Source of the DNA: Nitrososphaera sp.
Lineage (GTDB): Archaea > Thermoproteota > Nitrososphaeria > Nitrososphaerales > Nitrososphaeraceae
Direction: 5' to 3'
Length of the DNA stretch: 64,000 nt
NCBI GenBank assembly: GCA_036003785.1
Contig: DASYSB010000047.1
Span: 18,800-82,799, forward strand
The number at the start of each line of letters is the position of its first letter. The stretch's first letter is position 1. The notes under the pieces were generated by a model. The model worked only from the letters and a program-made list of their open reading frames with translations. It was not told the DNA's origin and did no database searches. A program made the position numbers and the translations under genes. Positions 36,288 to 43,661 of the stretch are shown here, piece by piece.

Positions 36288-38567
36288 TTGGCTGTTTCAG
36301 GCTGGCTTTTCGACGCGTACCCACTAAAAGACAAGATGGTTTTCTGGGTCAAAACTGAAAACGGCAAGGCGGTGCGCCTCGAAGATAACTGGTCACACTC
36401 GGTTTACGTCGCCGCCGACAATAAGCGCGACCTTGAGCTATTATCAAGAAACGAGGCAGTAAAGCACTACTTGCGAGGTCTACCGAGCAAGTCGGTAGAT
36501 GTCAAAGGCATTGATTTTGTCTCAAGATATGAAAAAATCAACGATCACGAGCAAACTGATGTTTTAAAACTAACGCTCGCAGATTCAAAAAAGGCTGTAA
36601 CACTTGCCAACGTTATCGAAGAAATCGATTTTGATAAATTCAGGCTTTACAACGTCGATATTTTACCGCCGCAAGCATACTTTTACGAGCATGACTTGTA
36701 CCCGCTTGCTAAATGCCAAGTCGTACAAAACAACGGTAAACTTACATGGCATTGCGAAAACCACTTGAAAGAACCTGATTACGAACTGCCTGAATTTAGA
36801 ATCGCAAATCTTGACGTTTCGCTAAAACAAGAAGGCTGTTTACCTCGATTCACTGACAAGATCGCAAGCATTACACTAAAGCTAGACAACGAGATAGTCG
36901 AGATTCGGCGACAGTCAGAGCAAGACGCACTTTACGATTTTGCCAATGAAATTGCAAAAATCGACCCCGACTTTGTATTTACAATAGACGGCGACGAATT
37001 TCTTTTGCCCTACTTGACCGCACGAGCGACAGACAATAAAATACAACTTGTGCTTGACCGCGAAGGCTTGGCAGTCTCGCAGCCGTCGAAAAATGGTATT
37101 ACATATTTTAGCTACGGTCGCGTTCATTATCGGCCCTCGACAGTCATGCTTTACGGTCGAGTGCACGTTGATAGTCGCAATTCGTTCATACTAGATCACT
37201 CTGCTTTGCATGGCTTGTACGAAGTTGCAAGACTTTGCAGAATACCGTTTCATACATGCGCAAGAGCCACTATTGGGCGCTGTCTTTCAAGTCTTCAAAT
37301 GTACCACGCTTTCAAGCGCGATTTACTCGTGCCCTACAAGCCTGTAAACACTGAAAAATTCAAAACATTTAACGAATTACTGCTTGCTGATCGAGGCGGA
37401 CTTATTTTCGAGCCGGTTGTAGGCGTGCACGAGAACGTCGCAGAATTTGACTTTACGAGCCTATACCCCAACATCATGGCAAAGCGCAATGTTTCGGGTG
37501 AAACTGTAAATTGTGCATGCTGCCAAGATTCAAAGAACGTCGTTAAAGGTCTGGGTTATCACATTTGCGAAAAGCGTCGAGGCATTGTATCTCAAGCCCT
37601 AGAGTTACCTTTAGAAAAGCGAGCGAAATACAAACAACTAAAGAAAACAACCACCGACAGCGCACGTTTTGATATTTACGATTCGAGACAAGACGCGTTG
37701 AAATGGCTAGGCGTAGTTTCGTTTGGTTATTTGGGTCATGCTAATAGCAAGTTTGGTTTGATCGATTCTCATATTGTAGTATGCGCTATCGACCGCGAAG
37801 TTTTACTTTTAACACGTAACCTTGTCGAAAGCAAAGGCTACACGTGCTTACATGGCATTGTCGATAGCTTATGGCTGCAAAGACCGGGCGCTACAAAAGC
37901 CGACTATGCCGAGTTAAAAGAACCTATCGAGCAGGCTACAGGCTATGACATTTCATTCGAGGGCGTTTACAAATGGCTAGCATTCGTGTCGTCTAAGGTA
38001 GATAAAATTTCGCCTGTGCCTAATCGCTATTTTGGCGTCTTTGAAGACGGCGAGCTAAAAGACCGTGGTATTGAAACGAGGCGACATGATACGCCACCGT
38101 TATTCTCACAGTTTCAGCGCGAAGTCTTGGCTATAATGGCAAAGGGCAATAATATCAAAGAAGTTAAGGCGCTAATGCCAAAAGTTCACGATCTATTTCA
38201 GAAATACAGAGAGATGCTAAAAGACGGCAGGGTGCCGTTGGTTGATTTGATTTTTACAAAGATGTTATCTAAAGATTCTAACGCTTATACTGTAAACACT
38301 GTAGAAATGGGCGCTACGTATCAGCTTTTAGACGAGGGCAAATCTATGCGTGCGGGCCAAGTATTGCAATACGTGATTGTTGATTATTATCGCAAAAATT
38401 CAAGAAAGCGAAGCGTACCAGTCGAACTAATTAATGAGAAAACGACTTACGACGCTAACAGATATGTCGAATTGCTTGCAGAAGTATGCAATTCAGTTAC
38501 AGAGCCTTTTGGCTACACAATACAGGCAAATGACCAAGACAATTTAATAGCGTATAGCGCCAGTTGA
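36288..38567 (+). CDS. polB2: Family B DNA polymerase, PolB2 group, exonuclease motifs degenerate
   Basis: Motif A EFDFTSLYPNIM, motif B RQDALKWLGVVSFGYLG, motif C LHGIVDSLWL (first Asp of DTDS replaced), NRYFG, RGIETRRHDTP. Confidence 0.9.
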   Translation: MAVSGWLFDAYPLKDKMVFWVKTENGKAVRLEDNWSHSVYVAADNKRDLELLSRNEAVKHYLRGLPSKSVDVKGIDFVSRYEKINDHEQTDVLKLTLADSKKAVTLANVIEEIDFDKFRLYNVDILPPQAYFYEHDLYPLAKCQVVQNNGKLTWHCENHLKEPDYELPEFRIANLDVSLKQEGCLPRFTDKIASITLKLDNEIVEIRRQSEQDALYDFANEIAKIDPDFVFTIDGDEFLLPYLTARATDNKIQLVLDREGLAVSQPSKNGITYFSYGRVHYRPSTVMLYGRVHVDSRNSFILDHSALHGLYEVARLCRIPFHTCARATIGRCLSSLQMYHAFKRDLLVPYKPVNTEKFKTFNELLLADRGGLIFEPVVGVHENVAEFDFTSLYPNIMAKRNVSGETVNCACCQDSKNVVKGLGYHICEKRRGIVSQALELPLEKRAKYKQLKKTTTDSARFDIYDSRQDALKWLGVVSFGYLGHANSKFGLIDSHIVVCAIDREVLLLTRNLVESKGYTCLHGIVDSLWLQRPGATKADYAELKEPIEQATGYDISFEGVYKWLAFVSSKVDKISPVPNRYFGVFEDGELKDRGIETRRHDTPPLFSQFQREVLAIMAKGNNIKEVKALMPKVHDLFQKYREMLKDGRVPLVDLIFTKMLSKDSNAYTVNTVEMGATYQLLDEGKSMRAGQVLQYVIVDYYRKNSRKRSVPVELINEKTTYDANRYVELLAEVCNSVTEPFGYTIQANDQDNLIAYSAS

Positions 38568-38574
38568 ATTTAGA

Positions 38575-39441
38575 ATGAGCGAGGTCTTAATTGGTTGTTC
38601 TGGCTGGTCTTATGGCGACAAGGCAGAGAAAGGCGGCTGGGTCGGTTCATTCTACCCAAATACAACGACAAAAAGATTGCCATATTATTCTCAATACTTC
38701 AATACAGTTGAGATCGACGCGACTTATTATGATAAATTTTACAAATACATGACTCAAGACACTTTCAAAAAATTAGCTGAAGCAACGCCAGATAACTTTC
38801 AGTTTTCGACTAAAGTACCTGAAACGATAACGCGAGAAAAGAAGCTAGGCGAGGGCTCGCTAGAACTATTCAACGAGTTCTTAGACAAAACTGCGCCATT
38901 GAGAAAAGCCGGCAAGCTAGGCGCTATTTTGTTTCAAATGTCGCCCAACTTTACCGTAGATGATTTCAAAAACGCTGAAATCTTCTTAGATAGACTACCT
39001 CGTGACTATGATTATGCGCTTGAATTTCGGCATGCGAGCTGGCAAACTGAGGGCGCGCCAGAACTGCTAAAGCATTACAATATCGCAAGCGTAATGACTG
39101 ACTCACCAGACCCAAAACTAAAGTTTTTAGCAGAACCAATAGTTACCGCAGATCATGCCTTCATCAGGTTTCACGGTAGAAACGAGGGTTTCTGGTACAA
39201 TTATCTTTACATAAAGAAAGAGTTAGAACCTTGGGCTGAAAAGGTCAAGATAACAAAAGACCTGAAAATAAAGAAACTGCGCATTTACTTTAATAATCAC
39301 TATGGAGGCAAGGCTGTTCTCAATGCACTACAATTCAAAGAAATGCTAGGCGAGAAACTATCTAAAGAGCAACTAGATGCGAGACAAAGGGCCGAAACTC
39401 ATCTTACAGGCAAAGACAATTTGCAACAATGGTTTCAGTAA
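38575..39441 (+). CDS. DUF72 domain-containing protein
   Basis: IGCSGWSY, YSQYFNTVEIDATYY, FSTKVPETIT, LFQMSP, ALEFRHASW, FIRFHGRN, IYFNNHYGGKAVLNA. Confidence 0.93.
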   Translation: MSEVLIGCSGWSYGDKAEKGGWVGSFYPNTTTKRLPYYSQYFNTVEIDATYYDKFYKYMTQDTFKKLAEATPDNFQFSTKVPETITREKKLGEGSLELFNEFLDKTAPLRKAGKLGAILFQMSPNFTVDDFKNAEIFLDRLPRDYDYALEFRHASWQTEGAPELLKHYNIASVMTDSPDPKLKFLAEPIVTADHAFIRFHGRNEGFWYNYLYIKKELEPWAEKVKITKDLKIKKLRIYFNNHYGGKAVLNALQFKEMLGEKLSKEQLDARQRAETHLTGKDNLQQWFQ

Positions 39442-39490
39442 ATGACAGACATCAAAGAGATAAATAATCAATACAAATAGCAGAAAAGTA

Positions 39491-39853
39491 ATGCCAGCAA
39501 ATCGCAAAGTTAGCGTCGCATGGCAGATTGTATTCACGTTCATACCAATAGTTAATTTCTGGGCATTTTATAGAGTCAAGAAATTGCAGAAGTACGTGCT
39601 CTATGTAATGGCGCCCTCTATACTACTAGCGATTACTCTACTTGCTTACCCTCTTAGCTATGAAATGTCGTTCAGCCAAGACTTTTGGGCGGCTGACAAG
39701 AAGGTTATTTCTGAAATGCAATTTGCGACTTACGTAATAGGCAATATTATAGGCTGGGCACTTCAGGGATTATCAATTTACCTTGTGATAATTTGGTCGA
39801 GACAGCATAACAAACAATTCGACCAGCCCACGACCCAAGCCAAGCAACCGTGA
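39491..39853 (+). CDS. Membrane protein (3 TM)
   Basis: VAWQIVFTFIPIVNFWAFYRVKKL plus two further TM segments. Confidence 0.75.
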   Translation: MPANRKVSVAWQIVFTFIPIVNFWAFYRVKKLQKYVLYVMAPSILLAITLLAYPLSYEMSFSQDFWAADKKVISEMQFATYVIGNIIGWALQGLSIYLVIIWSRQHNKQFDQPTTQAKQP

Positions 39854-40091
39854 GCCGTGCATCATACATTCATTTTGATTGAACAATGCACGGCGAACGA
39901 AGCAAAGCGCAGTGAGCCGACACCCTGAGTTTGCACTTATGTTTACGGCTGTAGTGTAGATTTCAAAAATAACGAGTAAAAACGCATACGGTCTTGTTCT
40001 GAAGATCAACTGTCTAAGCAACAGTTGATTTAGAAAATGTATGCCCCCTAGGTACAAAATTTCGAGTCAAAAAAGCCGTGCTGGCAGTTTG

Positions 40092-40379
40092 CTATGACCA
40101 ATTTTCATGTCTTGGGTCTGGGTTGCTTACGATAGCTCTTGACTTCAGACCGGCAATTACAAACCAAGCGCCTATGCCCACGAAAAAGAATGATATCATA
40201 AACCAAAAGTACGTGAATTGCGTTATTTCTCTAGAACCCGAACCCTCATCGTGACCAGTCAACCCCGCCGGCCCAAAGGTCGTAGCAGGCGGTAGACTAC
40301 CCGCCAAAATTACCCAGCTGACGGGCCCTATGCCTACAGCAAGTAAGCACAAGCCAATTATTAGCTCAAGTCGTTGCAT
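40092..40379 (-). CDS. Small two-TM membrane protein
   Basis: Two hydrophobic helices with a Gly/Pro linker. Confidence 0.65.
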   Translation of the reverse strand: MQRLELIIGLCLLAVGIGPVSWVILAGSLPPATTFGPAGLTGHDEGSGSREITQFTYFWFMISFFFVGIGAWFVIAGLKSRAIVSNPDPRHENWS

Positions 40380-40541
40380 CGGTTGTGATCTTGCTCATGC
40401 CAATAGATTTAGCTTTCTATAAGCAATTGTTGTATCTATAGAACAAAGTTTAAGAACTCTTATACCCGTGATTTAGGCACACAAACGCATCGCAGAGATA
40501 TCTTAAAGAAGAAATAGATCAGGGTCTACTAAAGACCATCA

Positions 40542-41096
40542 TTGGCAGACGATCTTTGGCTAGTCTTGGGTACTTGGGCCGCTGTATCCACAGCCATCTT
40601 TGCGGTCTGGCGAGAAACCGAAAACAACAATAAAACCCGTAAATTGAACGGGCTGGCCCTCGTTTTTCAGAAACTAAATGGTGAGACTCAAAGATACGCA
40701 CGAAAGCAAGTAGTAACCGCTTACTATCAATACCTCAAGAAGAATGACGAGCCTCTAGAATACACGCCATTCAATTTTGAAGACCACCCGGTTTATGATA
40801 TCGTTCAGTTCGACAAAAACGTACTGCCATACGTCGAAATAGTAAGGGCAGATTTTGAAGAAATTGCGGTAATGATAAAAAACGGTCTTGTAGACCAAAA
40901 GGCTTTTTTTGACGCATACTGGGGAGCAATGCTTCGATGTTATATGGCGCTTCACGGCTACATAGAAACGGTTCGTGAAAAATCGGGTACAAAAGAATAC
41001 ACAATTTACTTTCAAGAACAAAGTGAAGAACACTGTCTTAGCTATTGGCGAGACAATCATTACGATTCAGACATAATATTTTACGCTGACCAATGA
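40542..41096 (+). CDS. DUF4760-like membrane-anchored protein
   Basis: N-terminal TM; FEEIAVMIKNGLVDQKAFFDAYW...YIETVRE...YF pattern. Confidence 0.7.
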   Translation: MADDLWLVLGTWAAVSTAIFAVWRETENNNKTRKLNGLALVFQKLNGETQRYARKQVVTAYYQYLKKNDEPLEYTPFNFEDHPVYDIVQFDKNVLPYVEIVRADFEEIAVMIKNGLVDQKAFFDAYWGAMLRCYMALHGYIETVREKSGTKEYTIYFQEQSEEHCLSYWRDNHYDSDIIFYADQ

Positions 41097-41229
41097 ATCA
41101 CTTACTACATTCGCTAGGTTGGTATTTTAGTTACTTTGGTTTAGAGCTTGGCGTGTGCTAAGGCACATTGTTGATAAACAAAATGACAGAAGATAGCGCA
41201 CTAGACCGTGAGATTGAAAGCTGGCAAGG

Positions 41230-41538
41230 CTATTTTGGTAGCCCGAATTCGCTTTTATTGACCTCTTTAATCAATTTTAAAGTCAATTTGTCGCCGACCA
41301 TGAGATTTAACCGCTTTGCAAATTCTTTGCTCATTAGCATGTTAAGAACAAAATCGCGTCGATCTTTGCCATAGTACAAAAGCTGAACGCCCACGTATTC
41401 TGGGTCTATTTCTCTCGTTGTTACTTCATATGCGGGTGTAGGCAAAGGGTATTGAAATGCAACCTCTGAAGGGTCTCTTTGATAATTTGATGGAAGCGAC
41501 TTTACTATTACTTGTACGTCTACTTGCTCACTAGCCAT
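41230..41538 (-). CDS. Hypothetical protein with AbrB/SpoVT-like C-terminus
   Basis: MSKEFAKRLNLMVGDKLTLKL. Confidence 0.55.
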   Translation of the reverse strand: MASEQVDVQVIVKSLPSNYQRDPSEVAFQYPLPTPAYEVTTREIDPEYVGVQLLYYGKDRRDFVLNMLMSKEFAKRLNLMVGDKLTLKLIKEVNKSEFGLPK

Positions 41539-41643
41539 AGTGAGATAAAGTTGCTACGCGCTTATTGGCTTTTCTTAACGTTTTTTCTTGTTTCGTATGC
41601 CAAACCCACCCTTAAGGCAAGCCTACTAAAAATACGAACATGA

Positions 41644-41735
41644 AGGTCACGGTGGGATTTGGACCCACGACCTGCTGATCTCTTGGCACAGAAGTTTACA
41701 AGTCAGCCGCTCTGGCCAGGCTGAGCTACGTGACC
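41644..41735 (-). tRNA. tRNA-Thr(UGU) with 17-nt intron at 37/38
   Basis: Acceptor stem GGTCACG/CGTGACC, D-arm GCTC/GAGC, anticodon stem GCTGA/TCAGC, loop CT-TGT-A^A. Bulge-helix-bulge TAA-CTTG/CAAG-AGA; T-stem GTGGG/CCCAC; discriminator U. Confidence 0.82.
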
Positions 41736-41829
41736 TCGAGCGCTCTAATGGTACTGCGTTTTATTAATTAAACGGCATTTTGGCATTTTGGAAAAGGTTA
41801 ATCTACGCCTTAAGTGCTAATTACTACAG

Positions 41830-42060
41830 TTGGCGTACACTGTAACAGGGCGGGACAACATCAAGCTTCTCGTCTTCATGATCGCAGCTGCTGTATTTTT
41901 TGTGGTGACTCTCTTTCTCTCTTTCTTTATTGTAATAGTGGCCATCAACAATGCAGACGTATCTGCAGAGGACGCGCCAAACATGTTCATGCTCGGATTG
42001 ATCCCGCCGTCGATTGGGACATTCTTGCTATTCACCAAAGTTTTTGGCCGCTTTATGTAA
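41830..42060 (+). CDS. Small two-TM membrane protein
   Basis: Two hydrophobic helices. Confidence 0.7.
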   Translation: MAYTVTGRDNIKLLVFMIAAAVFFVVTLFLSFFIVIVAINNADVSAEDAPNMFMLGLIPPSIGTFLLFTKVFGRFM

Positions 42061-42096
42061 ACAATGTATTTAAATCGCATAACACGGGGTGAACTT

Positions 42097-42360
42097 GTGC
42101 CAAAGTTCGAAGTGCAGGTAGTGATTGAAAACAAACCCTACATCAACGACCCGGAAGGCGAGACGATTCACCGCGACCTTGTCGTCAAGGGCGGCTACTC
42201 AAACGTTCAGTCCGTTCGATCTGCAAAGATGCTAACGATGGTTGTAAGTTCAAAATCAGAGAAAGAGGCCGAAGCGGTTGTCAAAAAGCTGTGTGCGGAA
42301 CTCCGCATTTTCAATCCAGTTGTCAGCAATGCTTCGATCAAGGCTGCTGGTAAACGTTAA
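42097..42360 (+). CDS. purS: Phosphoribosylformylglycinamidine synthase subunit PurS
   Basis: NKPYINDPEGETI...SVRSAK...LCAELRIFNPVV; GTG start inferred. Confidence 0.92.
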   Translation: MPKFEVQVVIENKPYINDPEGETIHRDLVVKGGYSNVQSVRSAKMLTMVVSSKSEKEAEAVVKKLCAELRIFNPVVSNASIKAAGKR

Positions 42361-42386
42361 GAAAATTGTTGCTCAATCATGTTCAG

Positions 42387-42848
42387 CTAATGCTTGTCAT
42401 CCTGGTCCATCGTCGTGATTACATCGTCAATGTTGCTAAAATCGCTCAAAGCTCCTTCAAGCAATAGTGTAGTCCTCAGATGCCTTGCAAGGTCCGTCAC
42501 CGTAATGATGCCGACCAGCTTACCGCCCTCCATTATCGGGAGACGGCGTATCTTGTGGTTCACCATCCTCTGCACTGCGACTTCGATTGGCATCTCTGGG
42601 TCGGCAGTCGTCAGTATCTTTGACATGATTTCGCCTATTTTCACGTCCGCAATAGGCAGCTCCTTGGCGCATATCTTTTTGATGAAGTCCCTCTCGCTCA
42701 CGATGCCTACAGGGTCTCCATTCTTTACCACAAACACAGAGCTGATGCCCTTCTCTGCCATTACCTTGGCAGCTTCCAGCGCCGATTTGTCATGGTCTAT
42801 CATGACTATCTGCTTTGTCATGATATCACGAACTACTCCAGCTGCCAT
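42387..42848 (-). CDS. CBS domain pair protein
   Basis: VRDIMTK...VGIVSERD...IRRLPI..GKLVGIITVTD. Confidence 0.93.
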   Translation of the reverse strand: MAAGVVRDIMTKQIVMIDHDKSALEAAKVMAEKGISSVFVVKNGDPVGIVSERDFIKKICAKELPIADVKIGEIMSKILTTADPEMPIEVAVQRMVNHKIRRLPIMEGGKLVGIITVTDLARHLRTTLLLEGALSDFSNIDDVITTMDQDDKH

Positions 42849-42965
42849 CCAAATTTCTCAGATTCAGCCGAAGATAAAAACAATGCTATAGTGATCCATA
42901 TTCTGATGCGAAATTCGCTAATCTGAAGATATTAATACGAGCTCTGTCAAGCTCCACTCGCAGTA

Positions 42966-43661
42966 ATGACGAAGATTGGAATTGCCGTTTTCCCCGGCAG
43001 CAACTGCGATCGCGACGTTCATCATGTTTTAAACAACGTAATAGGCGTTCATGCAGACTATATCTGGCACACCAAGGACCACATCACAGGCTATGACGCA
43101 ATGATAATTCCCGGCGGCTTTGCCTTCGGCGATCGGCTGCGCGCGGGCATAATTGCGGCCCACAGCCCGATAGTGCAGGAAGTGAAAAGAATGGCGAAAG
43201 ACGGCCTGCCCATACTTGGCATATGCAACGGCTTTCAAATCCTAGTTGAATCTGGCTTATTGCCCGGCGCCCTCATGATGAACGACTCGCTCCGCTTCGT
43301 ATGCAGATGGACAGAGGTTGAGGTAAAGAACAACAAGACACTTTTTACGAGCGAGTTTGCGCCAAGCCAGACATTTTCCATTCCGGTGGCGCACGGTGAA
43401 GGGCGCTACGTTGCCGACAACAAAATATTGAAAGAGCTAAAGAAAAAGAACCAGATTGTCTTGCAATATTCCAACGACGATCCCAATGGATCTTCAGACC
43501 TTATCGCGGCAATTTGCAGCGAAGACGGTAACGTGATGGGAATGATGCCCCACCCTGAGAGGGCGAGCGAAAGCATACTTGCAGCGGAAGGCTCGAAGAA
43601 TGCAGCCATTACGATTTTCAGATCGCTAGTGTCTAACCTCAAGCCAAAGGCGATAGCATAG
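42966..43661 (+). CDS. purQ: FGAM synthase glutaminase subunit
   Basis: FPGSNCDRD, PGGFAFGD, LGICNGFQIL, MMPHPER. Confidence 0.97.
   Translation: MTKIGIAVFPGSNCDRDVHHVLNNVIGVHADYIWHTKDHITGYDAMIIPGGFAFGDRLRAGIIAAHSPIVQEVKRMAKDGLPILGICNGFQILVESGLLPGALMMNDSLRFVCRWTEVEVKNNKTLFTSEFAPSQTFSIPVAHGEGRYVADNKILKELKKKNQIVLQYSNDDPNGSSDLIAAICSEDGNVMGMMPHPERASESILAAEGSKNAAITIFRSLVSNLKPKAIA

Larger units (their letters stand above)
33541..41664. mobile_element. tRNA-Thr-integrated genomic island (~8.1 kb) without a recognisable integrase
   Basis: Bounded by an identical 22-bp direct repeat equal to the tRNA 3' end; visibly more AT-rich than flanking core genes; accessory gene content. Confidence 0.85.

Noticed and set aside
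40005-40029. ATCAACTGT/ACAGTTGAT 9-bp hairpin inside the island
   Set aside because: Isolated, with no U-tract or repeat elsewhere; a function cannot be supported.
33541-41664. The PolB island as a casposon linked to the cas1 relic
   Set aside because: No cas1 inside and no collinear TIRs; the boundary is a tRNA-derived att repeat, the polymerase has PolB2 motifs, and the cas1 relic is 21 kb away.
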